From contig NC_058368.1 in the NCBI RefSeq assembly GCF_018350175.1, positions 42,968,001-43,032,000 of the forward strand: a stretch of 64,000 bases of DNA. Reading direction: 5' to 3'. Source of the DNA: Felis catus (Eukaryota). The notes beneath the pieces are model-generated. The model saw only the letters and a list, made by a program, of their open reading frames with translations. It was not told the DNA's origin and made no database searches. A program made the position numbers and the translations under genes. Below are positions 13,701-27,309 of this stretch, piece after piece. How positions within the stretch are numbered: the stretch's first letter is position 1; the number at the start of each line of letters is the position of its first letter.

Positions 13701-15781
13701 TCAGATAGTTTGCATATTCCAATCTATTGGGTGGATAGTAGTTTATACTATAGGTGATCACTTTTTCACAGGTACATTATAAGGATATTTCTTTTTCAGA
13801 AGATGTTGCTCATGCATAATATTTTTGTTACCTACCTCAGAACATGGTATATAGCAGGTTACCAAAACTTATTTGTGGACTGAATTAGCAGAGGAATTAA
13901 TACATGGATGACAGAGGACAGTGATGAAAACCAAAGATGTACCTCTGAAATGCAGCATGATAAAATAAGTTCTACTATTCAGCAATTTTGACAGAAATTT
14001 TGAGAAAGGAAAATAAAGATAAAAGGAAATGTGTGAGCAAGAGGGGGGAAAATCTTGTATAAGAGCCCCAGAAAACCTGAATTGAAAATTGGAATGATAA
14101 CTTAATAGAACAAGAAGGTGACTTTGTGTCTGGTGCAGATGCTTTATTGTCCTTTAGCATGAGTCACAGACTGTTGGTTTATTTATAACTCTGCCGCCAT
14201 ATTCTGCAGTAATGTAAAATCCTTATGATAAAATAGAGCGGGAGTATACATAGCAGGGTTAGCTCTGCCTTTCTACACACTTTCCTTAATAAGACCTGGG
14301 GACTTGCAGAGGCTAACTCCTTATGTAGCAGGCTGGTGACAAGGCACAGCACAGCATTACTCTTTAAACTACTCTTCAAATGCTGTGATTACTGACATCA
14401 GCAACATATTCTTTCTTAGTGCAGAAAAGGAAAGCAGTAACATTGGTGACGGGGCATCTTAACTGTAAGGAAAAGAAAAAGAATTCAACAACTTGTGAAC
14501 CCTGTAAAGACTAAGAAATAAAAGGAAGGAAATATCAGGATCTCTATGATAGCAAGAACAATTTCATTGCTGTGGAAAGTGGAGTGCTTTCTCAAAAAAG
14601 GCCAACATGTTGAGATTGATACTGAGGGCAGAATTGGTTCTGTAAAGAGGTTTTCTGCTTGACTAAACTATATTTTCACATTTAAAAGTCACAGTGGGAA
14701 ACCAAGTACCAGACATTAGAGAACTTTTTTTTTTAATTTAAGGATCAAAGTTTGTCTTTAATCAAGAACAAATGACCCCTTTGAAACTAAAATGGGGAAA
14801 TAAATAAATCTGGTTTCTCAGGAGATTAGTAGTAGGATACAAAGATGTTAACTTCTAGCTCACAGATGCATTAAATTCAAACCAAACCACTGGTGACTAA
14901 ACATTTTAATATCCAATAGCTTTTCCAATGGCCTAAGTGAAATTACTTGATAGTCCCAGTTCAATTTCCAAACATAGTTGACACATAAATACAAAACATG
15001 GCTCAATTAGTGATTCCTGTCTTTAGCTTCAGCCAACATTAAAGGAGCGTTTTCCGAATCTGTAATGCAATTAGGGAACATTTCTTTGTGATTCAAATAG
15101 TGATTTCAGGGCAAAGACTTTTAAATCAGAAAATGAAAGCTGTGAACAGTTAAGAACTTGAACATTCGTTTCATATCTGCATTTGTCCTGTACAGTGTTG
15201 AGCATTTCAGATGACCCTTTTTTGAGATTTCTTTTCATATGATTGTATATAGTTTCTCTCTGAGTACTTTTTTCCTTTTCTTAGGAAATTAATACTAAAT
15301 GTAGAGCAGAAGCCTATCATTACAAAATAACTTTCATCAAGCATAAAACAGGATAATGCTAAACAGGAAGATTTAATACCTTCATCCTGAGAAGTGACCC
15401 ATTTATTTCAAAATATTTTTAAAATATCTAGTGGATATTAAATAATTTTCAGTATCTACTTACTTATTTACTTTTTCTATTTACTTAACAATTCAGGTCC
15501 CCTCCAAATAAAAAAAGAGAGAGATGCAAAATTATTGCATAGTAAAAGATTCTGAAATATCTGTAGTCTTAAAATTAGCACAGTTATATTAGAATCTATG
15601 GCATACACTTATTTTCTAAGTGGTTTTCTATTTAACATTTTCAGTTTGTCAACTCAGAAATGCCTTTTAAACTAGCATATTCATTCAATAGGACAGAATA
15701 ATTATTTAAAATTTTACCACAAAAGCCAATATTTCTCTTGATATTTATGAATCAATTCCCTCCAAATTTATTTCCTCTTTA

Positions 15782-15968
15782 TCTGCACAGTTCAACATAC
15801 TAAGCATTAGCCACATGTTGCTACAAAATTAAAAATTCAGCCCCACAGTCTCACTCCCCATATTGCAAGTACTCAAAGCCACACATGGTCAGTAGCTATC
15901 TAATTGGACAGAGAAGAAATAGAGCATTTCCATCATTGCAGTAAATTTTATAGGACAGCACAGCTTAG
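15782..15968. mobile_element. MER3-like hAT DNA transposon relic
   Basis: ttagccacatgttgcta...attgcaagtactcaaagccacacatggtcagtagcta...attggacag...catttccatcattgcagtaaattttataggacagca. Confidence 0.7.
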
Positions 15969-18834
15969 ATTACACCACGATGATTCATGTGATGTATATA
16001 TCATATATGATATACATAATTATATTAGGTCATGTATTTTACCTTCCTGTTACTCATGCATAATTTGTATTTGCCTCAATACATTACAATTGCTTTCAGT
16101 TTAATATGCCTATTTAAAGTAAACCCTTTTTCTTTTTGGCTGATGCTATAAAATGTAAACCAGGAAGTTGTTAGGTATGTATACTTTGTATGTATTAGAT
16201 TATAACAACGGAAGAAGCCAGGTGAAATAGATGGAGGGAGAGAGAAAAGAAATATAGAGGGATAGAGAATGAGAGAGAGAAGAGAAAGGGAATAAAGAGA
16301 AATAGCAAGCTCTATTATTATTTCATTCATGTGCTTAAACTTTCCTATCACTGTGACAATACTGACATAATAAATTACTCATTTTCTAAATAAATAAATG
16401 TTATACATGTATTATAGTTTACCTTATGATTTTTTATTCCCAAGTTTGATATAAGGACCTGTCTCACTGAGTAACATCATTGGCCTTATGTCAGCTGCCA
16501 TAATTTTTAATGCACCTTGTTGAAGGTATTGAGAAAGCTGATGCACTGGTTCATTAAAGGTTTTCTTTTTCATAAAGGAGAACCCAGAAAATGAGTGATT
16601 ACAGTAGTTTAAGTACACAGCTCTGGTGCAAGGCAGGCAGTCAAAGACTGAATTTGGGCAATTCCCTTAGCTTCTTTGAGCCCATGTTTTCTTAGTGGTA
16701 ATAATACCATCATTGGGTTGCTCTAAAGATTAAAATAAAGTAAAATACATTTCACTTACCACCTTGCCCTTAGAATGAAGCTTAATCAAAAGTAGATACT
16801 TTTATTTCTCTGGAAAATATTTTCTTTACTGTCAAATTCTATGTATATGTGAGTGAAACATCTTTATTTAAAAAGGGAGAGCTAATTATGACATTTAAAT
16901 GCTTATATGGTGTAAAATATAAATATAAAAAATGCAGAGGAAATCAGTTGTAAAACCTGCCCATGTTTATTAGTCAGAAGTTTAACTAGTTTTCCAATAA
17001 AGTAAGTCTAAATTAAACTGGCTGAAAAAACTGTTAAGAAATACTGAGTTAGCTCAAAGAATCAAAGGAGGAGTTTGTAAGTCCACCTTTGGGAATGCCA
17101 ACAACTTGGGAGCCCTAGGAATCCCAGTAACTTGAATCCAGAGTTTAGAATTTAGCACTCTCCTCCTTTGCCTTTATCTATCTTTTTTGGCTTTGTTTTT
17201 CCTAAAGCTGATTAGGCTTTTCCTTGTGACTGGAGACATGGGTACCAGCAACCACCACAGACATCTTCACAGCAAACCCACATGGAAACAACTCCTTCCA
17301 ACTAGCGTCAGATGAAAAATAATGTGAAATCTCTCATTTAACTTCTTCATTTACCTGTCTGTGCTATGACCCTAATCATCTCAAAGATATTTGTATTTTT
17401 ATTTATAGTTTTTATTTATAATTTTAATTATGGGCCCATTTTTTAGGCAGTGGAATGAAATTATGCCTGCTTATACTGGGACGTTACGTGAGGTATAGAG
17501 AGGCAGAGAAAAGAAGAGGGTGTTTGCAGAAGAAGGGAGGAATCTCAGCAATTAGAACAATTAATTTCTGCAGTTAGATTCACAGTCCTCATGTTAAATT
17601 AAATGTTTAGTGTTATTAGGTAGCATATATAGATCGATCAAGCAATTGCTAATATCGTAAACTGCTCTGGAATCAGGTGAAATGAAAAAAAAAGGCATAA
17701 GCCAGTATTCACAAGGTGGATATGATTCCCCACCAAATTAATGCAAAATTTAATTAATGCTTCTTTGACAGCAACTTTTAACTGCAGAGACTTGTTGTAA
17801 TACACAGTTCTCTATTTCAAAGGAGATTTCTTTAAAATTTGGAATACTAAAATTTCAGAAAATTGGGAAATATTTTAAGCATAAGATGTGCCATTCTCAC
17901 CCATGAATTGTACCACAGTACAAGATAATATATGTATGGGACACTAGGATACAGTATTTTTAAGCAGGAGATAGTGACATAGGAGCTGTTTAAATTAAGG
18001 ATATATACTTTACTTCTCAGGCAAGGTTGTACATCAAGACTTCTGCTAACCAAAAAAAAAAAAAACCAAAAAACAAAAAAACAAAAAAAAAACCTAGAAA
18101 TTAAAGACAGGAAGGTTTCACTTGCTACATGCATAGAGAGGTCTTACTAGTATAAGCCTCCATCTAGTCCTCTGCATGAAGGTAAACTACTCATGGTTCA
18201 AAAAGGCATTTGCCCTTTCTCTGGTGTTCTGCACTGTGGCGAAAGGATAGATTTACATGTATAAATGTAAATTTATTTTAGATTATAACATATTTTATCT
18301 ACTCTTAATGCTTTATTCAGGACAGAATTTAAGGGCTTGTTGTTATATCCAATCATATAATTTTGCTACATCTGAGACATAGATTTTTTTATTCAAAGAA
18401 ATAAGCAAATTTATTAAGAAGGAAAACTTTTTTCCTAAGGTATCTAAATATATCACCTGTGTTCATCACTCATTGAATAAAGGGAATTTGTTTCTCTTAA
18501 GGGCATATAGGTCTTAATACTGCTTCAGTAAGTCAATGGCCAATAGGTACAACCTCTACATTACATCTGTCTCTTGTGAGAAATAAATTACTCATAAACT
18601 AATGTAAGAGAATTATGCATGATATTTTGTTTTGTTGTATTATTTTTGTTTTTACTTTTGGTTTCCCCAAGACTAGTCTATAACAGATATGCTCATGAGT
18701 TTTCAGATCATCATGGACAACGTGGCAAGTTAGATTTAGAAAGATTACTGGATTTGAGTAGAAGATATGAGTATTTTGTAAGGCAGAGTTGAATGATAAG
18801 AAATGTATAGGAGCAAAAATACAGAAAATATTAG

Positions 18835-20412
18835 TTTTTTTAATAATTTATTTTTTAATTTACATCCAAGTTAGTTAGTATATAGTACAACAATGATTTC
18901 AGGAGTAGATTCCTTAATGCCCCTTACCCATTTAGCCTATCCCCCTTCCCACAACCCCTCCAGCAACCCTCTGTTTGTTCTCTATAGTTAAAGAGTCTCT
19001 TATGTTTTCTCTCCCTCACTGTTTTTACATTATTTTTGCTTCCCTTCACTTATGTTCATCTGTTTTTATCTTAACGTCCTCATATGAGTGAAGTCATATG
19101 ACATTTGTCTTTCTCTGACTAATTTCACTTAGCTTAATACTCTCTAGTTCCATCCACGTAGCTGCAAATGGCAAGATTTCATTCTTTTTGATTGCCGAGT
19201 AATACTCCATTGTATATATATACCACATCATCTTTATCCATTCATCCGTCGATGGACATTTGAGCTCTTTCCATACCTTGGCTATTGTCCACAACACTGC
19301 TATAAACACTGGAGTGCATGTGCCCCTTCAAAACAGCACACCTGTATCCCTTGGATAGATACCTAGTAGTGCAATTCCTGGGTTGTAGGGTAGTTCTATT
19401 TTAAATTTTTTGAGGAAACTCCATAGTGTTTTGCAGAGTGGCTGCACCAGCTTGCATTGCCACCAACAATGCAAAAGAGATCCTCTTTCTCCGCATCCTC
19501 ACAAACATCTGTTATTGGCTGAGATGTTAATGTTAGCCATTCTGACAGGTGTGAGGTGGTATCTCATTGTGTTTTTGATTTGCATTTCCCTGATGATGAG
19601 TGACGTTGACCATCTTTTCATGTGTTGGTTGGCCATCTGGATGTCTTCTTTGAAGAAGCAGGTATTCATTTCTTTTGCCCATTTCTTCACTGTATTATTT
19701 GGGTTTTTGGGTGTTGAGTTTGATAAGTTCTTTATAGATTTGGATACTAACCCTTTATCTGATATGTTGTTTGCAAATACCTCCTTCCATTCTGTCTGTT
19801 GCCTTTTAGTTTTGCTTATTGTTTCCTTCCCTGTGCAAAAGTTTTTATTTTGATGAGGTCCCAATAGTTCATTTTTGCTTTTGCTTCCCTTGCCTCTGGA
19901 GATGTGTTGAGTAAGAAGTTGCTGCAGCCGACATCAAAGAGGTTTTTGCCTGCTTTCTCCTTGAGGATTTTGATAGGTTCCTGTCTTACATTTAGGTCTT
20001 TCATCCTTTTTGAGTTTATTTTTGTGTATGGTATAAGAAAGTGGTCCAGGTTCATTCTGCATGTCTCTGTACAGTTTTCCCAGCACCGTTTGCTGAAAAT
20101 ACTATCTTTATTCCATTGGATATTCTTTCCTGCTTTTCCAAAGATTAGTTGGCCATACGTTTGTGGGTCTATTTCTGGGTTCTCTATTCTGTCCTATTGA
20201 TCTGAGTGTCTGTTCTTGTGCCAGTACCATACTGTCTTGATGATTACAGCTTTGTAATACATCTTAAAGTCCAGGATTGTGATGCCTCCTGCTTTGGTTT
20301 TCTTTTTCAAGATTTCTTTGGCTATTCGGGGTCTTTTCTGGTTCCATACAAACTTTAGGATTGTTTGTTCTAGCTCTGGGAAGAATGCTGGTGTTATTTT
20401 GATAGGGATTGC
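18835..20412 (-). mobile_element. Carnivore LINE-1 3' end, 5'-truncated, with poly(A)
   Basis: ORF2 C-terminal peptides in ORFs 19094-19309, 19499-19864 and 19816-20055 (KCPSTDEWIK..WYIYTMEYYSAIKKNEILPFA; LDHFLIPYTKINSK); 3'UTR; T-rich tail at about 18835-18857; TSD cagaaaatatt / cagagaatatt. Confidence 0.95.
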
Positions 20413-20426
20413 CAGAGAATATTCTT

Positions 20427-20702
20427 TTTTAAAAAGATGTTTATCTATTCATTTTTTTAAAAAGAATGTTTATTTATTTATTTTCTACAGAAAGAGAGAG
20501 AGAGAAACAGAGAGAGGCAGAGAGAGAAGAGAGAAAGAGAAGAGAAGGTGGGGCAGAGAGAGAGGGAGACAAAGAATCCCAAGTAGGCTCTGCACTGTCA
20601 GTGCACAACCCGATGCGGGGCTTGAAGTCACAAACTGTGAGATCATGACCTGAGCTGAAATCAAGAGTCAGATGCTTACCTGACTGAGCCCCAAGTCACC
20701 CC
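20427..20702 (-). mobile_element. Can-SINE
   Basis: Reverse SINE; TSD cagagaatattctt (20413) / cagaaaatattctt (20703). Confidence 0.92.
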
Positions 20703-20929
20703 CAGAAAATATTCTTAACATTTTCTGGTGCTATGAAAAAAGATTTGAAAAAGGAAGAAGCTTTAATTTGGGGTAATGGGTATGGATGGTCATAAATGCT
20801 ATTGTCCTTGATATTTTGTCGTATTATTCTGGCTTCTCCTGTAAAAAAACAAATCCCATTCCATTCACATTTAAATAAGGAAAAAAATTAAAGGATCCAA
20901 GTACTTTGTCTCGTCCTTTTGACTGTCAC

Positions 20930-21110
20930 ATTATATAATATAATGTAATTAATGTACATTATGTTAGGTATTATATACATAATATAATATGTATAATATA
21001 TAATAAATATATTTTATATACATACAGATGTATTATATATAACATTATATACATACATAATATATGTATGTATATATTATATAATATAATGTAATTCATA
21101 TATTATAAAA
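20930..21110. repeat. AT-rich low-complexity tract
   Basis: Degenerate (TA)n/(TACA)n with local palindromes such as atacatacata..tatgtatgtat. Confidence 0.8.
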
Positions 21111-21280
21111 GTTATGTTTGAACTTATACTTTGATACTCTGTTCTCTACTGTTTTGCTGTTAAAAACAGACTTTTGGTTCTGTATGACTAAACACTGACC
21201 CTCTCTATATTATAATATTCTTGACATATCATGTTTTGACAGATTTCAGGCATATATCTGCCTTAAATAATACCTGGCTG

Positions 21281-21489
21281 GTTTTTTTCTAAGTTTATTT
21301 ATTTAGTTTTGAGAGAGAGAACACAAATAGCAGAGGGGTGCAGAGACGGGGAGGGAGACAGAGTCTGAAGCAGGCTCCAGGCTCTGTATTGTCAGCACAG
21401 AGCCCGATGCAGGGCTCGAAGTCACAAACTGCAAGATCATGACATGAGTTGAAGTCAGACATTAAACTGACTGAGCTACCCAGGCGCCC
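21281..21489 (-). mobile_element. Can-SINE
   Basis: Reverse SINE ending caggcgccc; TSD-like cctggctggttttt / cctggttgttttt. Confidence 0.92.
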
Positions 21490-21550
21490 TTCCCTGGTTG
21501 TTTTTTAATGTCTTGTATTTGTTTTTAGTGATTTATAACTGATAATTTCT

Positions 21551-21735
21551 TTTTTTTTTTGAAGTTTATTTATTTATTTTAAGAGTGGGGGTAGTGGGAG
21601 AGAGAGAATCCCAAGCAGGCTCCACACTGTCAGTGCAGAGCTTGATGCAAGGCTTGATCTCACCAACAGTGACATCATGACCTGAGCCAAGATCAAGCGT
21701 CAGACATTTAACCAATTGAGCCATCCAGGTGCCCC
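21551..21735 (-). mobile_element. Can-SINE
   Basis: Reverse SINE; TSD ataactgataatttct / ataactgatcatttct. Confidence 0.92.
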
Positions 21736-22183
21736 ATAACTGATCATTTCTTAAGTGAGATTGTGACTTTCATCAATTCTAGAAATTTCACATATAAAAT
21801 TTCTTCCAATATTTTCTTTCTCTTACTATTTTACATTTAAATATGTATTACCTTCTCTCATCCTATTCTCTAGTAGCACTTAAACTTTTTTGTATTTTAT
21901 ATTATTTTATATTTCTGACTTCTTATGTTGAATGTTCTGTGTTTTCTTCAGATGGTTCATCCATCCAACTAATTCTTTCTTTGGCTGTGTTTTTTCTGTT
22001 GTTTAACTCATGTAGAATTTTTATTCTGAGTTATGGTTTTGAAAAGTCTTTACTAGTTGGTTTTTAGTGGGCTTTCCTCCACAAAAATCCCCATATACAT
22101 ACTTATAGTATACTCTCCTCAGGAAATTTTCAATTTATAATCTAATAACTTAAGTTCTTAAGTGTTCTTATTTCACATATATG

Positions 22184-22662
22184 TGTATTAATTTCCTATT
22201 ACTACCATAACAATTATCACAATAATTTGAGATAATTACTACAATAGTGAAGTAAATTAAAGCAATACATTTTTATTCTCTTATAGTTGTGGAGGTTAAA
22301 ATTCTTAAATAAATCTTAAGGGGCTAAATTCAAGATGTTGGCAGGTCTGGTTCTTTCTGTGGCTTTAGAGGAAAATCTGTTCTTTGCATCTTCTAGCTTC
22401 TAAACGCTGCTGGTATTCTGTGATTCTTTGGCTTATAGCTTTATCACTTCAGTCTCTGCTTCTATTATCACATTGCTTCCTCTGTCTGTAAGTCTACTCC
22501 CTATAAGACCTTTGTGATTATAGGATAATCCAGCATAATGTCTTCATCTTAAAATTTTCAACTTAATCACATCTTAAGGCCCTTTCACTATGTAAAGTAA
22601 CATATCCACAGGTTACAGGGATCAGATGTCAACATATTTGGAGGCCAGTATTCAGGCTAACA
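22184..22662 (-). mobile_element. MaLR LTR, MLT1C-like
   Basis: tgtattaatttcctattactaccataacaattatcac...tttattctcttatagtt...caagatgttggcaggtctggtt...acttaatcacatct...atttggaggccagtattcaggctaaca. Confidence 0.78.
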
Positions 22663-23589
22663 TAATATGCAATAATTCTAACACACAATGTTTATATATC
22701 TAGTTTTTAAATTACTTTTCCCTGATGCAGATAATTTATGGAGACTTGTTCTTATAATATTTTATGATTTTTAATTGGTATTTTTATTTTTTTATATCTC
22801 TATGGCATTTCTACGAGGTTTGGTTTTAAGTTTGATTTCTTATAGAAGATGTCTTTTTTTTTCTTTATTTCTCTGCCTGAGACCTGGAGGAAATACAAAT
22901 CTAGTCTGGTTTAAATTATTTTTTCTTTCATATTTTTTGAACCAGACAAACTGTGCAAATTCAATTCCCATACTTAGCCAGTTGCCATAAAATCTCAAGA
23001 GAAGCGATTTCTATTTTACTTATACCAAGAACCTGGAACACAAGAGGTAAATTTTCTTTCCTTTCTGTCTTCAAAATTTTTTCAGTTAACTTTTTCTTAT
23101 AGTATAGATCTTTCTCCATTCCTAACTCTATGTGTGGTGAATTCTTATATTGGTCCCTACCCTCCACAGGTGCAGATTCACTGATTTTCAACAACCCCCT
23201 CAGAGGTATACAAATTCAGGATTTATAGCAGCTTCAGAAATTGCATATTTTCCTAAATTTGTCATCTCAATTTGTTCTGACCTCAAAAAAATTACATTTC
23301 TGTGTGATATATACAACTACTCTATTAAAATATGATTTTGGTCTCACAATTTTAGATATTTTGTAGCCACTGGTTCATATGGAAGTGAGCATAACTATGC
23401 CTCAGCTTTTTTAAACAGTAATTTATTTAGTTCATTAAAAAGTGGATTCCATTTCAAAATGGTAATTTAATACTATTTTAGATCTATTTCAAGTGAATAG
23501 AGCTTACCAAATAAGTTTTAGAAATTTATTTCCATGTCCTAAGTTTTATTGCAGGAGAGTTTGCCAATATATGTTTGATAATTATTGAT

Positions 23590-23651
23590 ATTTTTTATAT
23601 TTACTTATTTATTTATTTTAGAGAGACAGTGTGTGTGAGCAGGGGATAGGG

Positions 23652-23694
<43 letters not shown>

Positions 23695-23818
23695 TCTTAA
23701 GCAGTCTCCATGCTCAGCACAGAGCCCAATGTGGGGCTTAGTCTCACAACGGTGGGATCATGACTTGAGCCAAAATCAAGAGTCAGACACTTAACCAACT
23801 GAGCCACCCAGGTGTCCC
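23590..23818 (-). mobile_element. Can-SINE with expanded (GA)n
   Basis: Reverse SINE ending gagccacccaggtgtccc. Confidence 0.92.
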
Positions 23819-24741
23819 TATAGCAGCTTTTAGATTACACATTTGGGATGGCAATACTCTGAAGTGCAATGCTCTGCATGGTGTGGATGAGGAAAAGGAG
23901 TTCAATATTCATTTCCCAAACTTAAATGCTAATTTGTCAGAGATTCTATAAAGCAGAATACTTCACATAAGCCAATATTTACCCACATGTTTTGATCAGA
24001 CCTCACTGAAACCAAAATGTACAAAGCCCAAAAAACAAACAAACAAAACAAAACCTTACAAAAATATCTTTAAATGAGCTGTAAAGGAATTATATTTTTA
24101 AAATAAGGTTACATTTCCATATTAATTGGCAAAATTGCAATTATACCTTTAAGTGTGATAATAATTACAAATGGTCTATTTCCTGTATATTTGGAAATAC
24201 ATTTTCTGAGTAATTTAGAAGGAGTATTTCAATATATTTTCACTTATGCCCACTAAAGCTAGTATTTTATTTATTAGTGTTTCCAACATGGAGTATATAC
24301 TGCAATCCATAGGTGATGTTCTATTCTTATCACTGACACTGAAGCAAATGAAATTTTGATGTTTATATATCCATAAACTGAGGAAGAATCAATAGAAATT
24401 AATACCTGTGACCAAAGGACAAGGCTCCTCTTGAGTATTAAAATCAAACTGTGAATTTCCTTACAGTATCTCAATAGCCACATTTTAAATCCAAAACAGA
24501 GAGAATGACTATTTTCATTTACTTCTCAGGAATATGTACTTTTCTATCATTCATTTTAGTGAAAGGGTTTCATTATTTTGTTTTCACAAGGAATTATTTT
24601 TATTGCCCATAAATAGTTTGCTTGTAAATTTGAGGAATGATTTCTTTAAGGATCCACAATTTGTGAAGCCTATAAAGATTTGGGGTAAAAGAATGACAGC
24701 ACGGTCTAGTAGACTTAAACTCTAATTTTAAGAATGTGACT

Positions 24742-24925
24742 TGGAGCACCTGGCTAGCTCAGTCGGTTAAGTGTCCAACTCTTGGTCTCAGCTTCGGTTA
24801 TGATCTCACACTTCCTGGGATTGAGCCCCTGTTGGGATCTGCACTGACAGTGCAGAGTCTGCTTGGGATTCTATACAAACAAACAAACAAACAAACAAAC
24901 AAACAAACAAACTTTGAAAAATAAA
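24742..24925 (+). mobile_element. Can-SINE with (AAAC)n tail
   Basis: ggagcacctggctagctcagtcggttaag head; TSD aagaatgtga on both sides. Confidence 0.9.
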
Positions 24926-25567
24926 GAATGTGATTTAAAGTAAGATTATAGAATTAGATAATCCTATGAAAAATGCATATGATGTAGCATTTATTGTTTT
25001 CTTGGCATTTGGTTTTCTACCAAATTGGCCATAATATCTTAGAAGTCCTTAGAATAGAAGTCCTGATAACCACAAAGCTATAATATAAAACAAATGCAGG
25101 GGGTAAAGAAAATTTTCTATAGCTATAGATCAATGATGCAGCTCTAGAAATATCTTAAAAACTTGCAGTAAAGCTGTTTCAGTGTTGTGTTTCCCAGATT
25201 CTGCTTCATTGCTCATTTGTGAAAACAAACATTTGCCATGAAGACATAACTGCCAATTTAGCCTAAATAAGACAAATGAGATAATGAGACCAGTGGCAAA
25301 TGCGAGTTGACAAATCCTGCAGAATGCCCAGCTTCAAGTAAAAAGCTTTCCTTTCCTGCCAAAAGGTCTATATGCTAATGCTAACTAATTTGCCAACCTT
25401 GGCCCTACATTGTTTGACAATAGCTGAGCATCCCAATTTGTTATAGTTGTGACATTAATTTGGATGTAAAATGTGGCTTGATCTAGTAATCTATGCAACC
25501 TCTTCACCCAGCAACCAATCACACAGATGTATACTTTGTACTGAAAAGGCTTACAAATGCAGAGAGG

Positions 25568-25628
25568 TTTTTTGTTTTTTTGTTTTTGTTTTTGTTTTTG
25601 TTTTTTGTTTTTGTTTTGTTTTGTTTTT
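25568..25628. repeat. (TTTTTG)n simple repeat
   Basis: Seen directly. Confidence 0.9.
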
Positions 25629-26851
25629 AAACTCAGGATATATTAATATAGAAAAGGTAGTGGTATAGACATCATAACTGTGACTTTCACCTGTGCATAT
25701 CTTGGTTAGAGTAATAAGGTGAAATAAAGTATGTTATTTACTTTAACATAATGAGGTCATTTGGAATATTTGCCCTGAATCAGTTATTCAAATATCTGTA
25801 ACTTAGCCACCAGTTTTGATGGACTTTGAGAAGTCAATTTAGAGGATTAAAAAATATATATATCTTTTGAATCTTTCCAGAATTACAAAATAACCACAGG
25901 TAATGATTCTCACACATTCTTCAATTCATTTTCCTTATTATTTAAAAGAAAAATGTTCCTATGTGTTTGCATTACTCCTGAAGTAACTTAATTTTGTGGA
26001 TTACAGTAGAAATAAGCTAAAATTTATTTAGAGAAATCTGGTATTTAAAAAAAAATAGGTACTTAACAGTTAATAAATGCTTGTTTTGTGCCTTTAACTA
26101 GGTTAAGCAATAATAGTACTAAAATTGCATATAGGAAGGATAGATTTTGAAAACAAGTGCTTATTTTGACTGAGTATGAATTGGTGTGGGTCATTCATTT
26201 TAGAAGTACACTAGAATTGCAGGGCGCTAATTCACACTTTGTAAACTGTACTAAGACATTTAGTTCCTCTCAGGTAGCTAAAAATGAATGTAAGACATTT
26301 TATAATTACAAAATTAGTACATACTAATTCTACCATCATAAAATCAATTAATCAAAAACCCTTTGGAAAGCTGTTTGGAATGAGGAAGTGAGGAAGAGCA
26401 AACCAGACAGAAGTCAAAGTCTTTTTGTAACCTTTGCTTTGAAAAACATCATTAAAAAATAAATTCATCAAACGGATATATTTCTTCCCAAATTAGGACA
26501 ATTCATGATAATACCCATAAGTTTCTGTAAATAACCTTTTAAATTTCATTTAAAATACATTTATAGAAAATATTGGAGCTTAAAATATTTTAAATTACAA
26601 AAACAGAATTTTGAAACAATATTTTGAATTTTTATCTCCTAGGTCTATATTCTTATTGAGGGGGAAATAATCTAAAAATATAAAGGTCTATTCACAGTTT
26701 TTAAAAATGCATTAAAATGTTTTTAACTCTGCCATCAACTTATAAAATTATAGAAATAAAGAACTGCAAAGAACTTAGAAGTTATATGAACACACTTCTA
26801 GACAAATGGTAACAAATGTTAATTTGATTCTTGAATATTTTCTATTACAAA

Positions 26852-27030
26852 TGTTGCAGGCAGCCTCTAAGATGGCTCCCAGTGATTGTCCCTCCTAGTT
26901 AGTATTCATGCCCTTATTATATATAACTGTCTTTTTTGTTTGTAGGCTGGTAATGACTCACTTATAACAAATAGAATATGGCAAAATTTATGGGACTTCA
27001 CTTCTAAAATTAGGTTACAAAAAAACTTTG
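26852..27030 (+). mobile_element. 5' part of a MaLR LTR, MLT1E/F-like
   Basis: tgttgcaggcagcctctaagatggctcccagtgat...gtattcatgccctt...aatagaatatggcaaaa..atgggacttcacttctaaaattaggttacaaaa. Confidence 0.75.
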
Positions 27031-27130
27031 ACTGATATATTCCCTAATATATCAAGCTACAAAATAGTAGTGCATCCATGGGTCTCATAATAGCCAGGGC
27101 TCTCCAGGCTCTCTAAGGCACAGGCCATAT

Positions 27131-27292
27131 TTGAATGCAAAAGAAGCTGGAGAGGGTCCAGACACCACCACTTGGTCTAAACTGCTAGAAGAACTTTATG
27201 GGAAATCAATATAAAAGTTAAGTGAGAAATGGAAAGGGTTGCTTCCCTGAGTGGTGGTGTCTGGACCCTCTTCAGCTTCTTTTGCATTTCAA
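27131..27292. repeat. Near-perfect inverted repeat: 42/43-bp arms, 77-bp spacer
   Basis: 27131-27172 ttgaatgcaaaagaagctggagagggtccagacaccaccact is the reverse complement of 27250-27292 agtggtggtgtctggaccctcttcagcttcttttgcatttcaa, with one substitution and one 1-bp indel. Confidence 0.97.
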
Positions 27293-27309
27293 GAGTAGCC
27301 ACAACTCAC

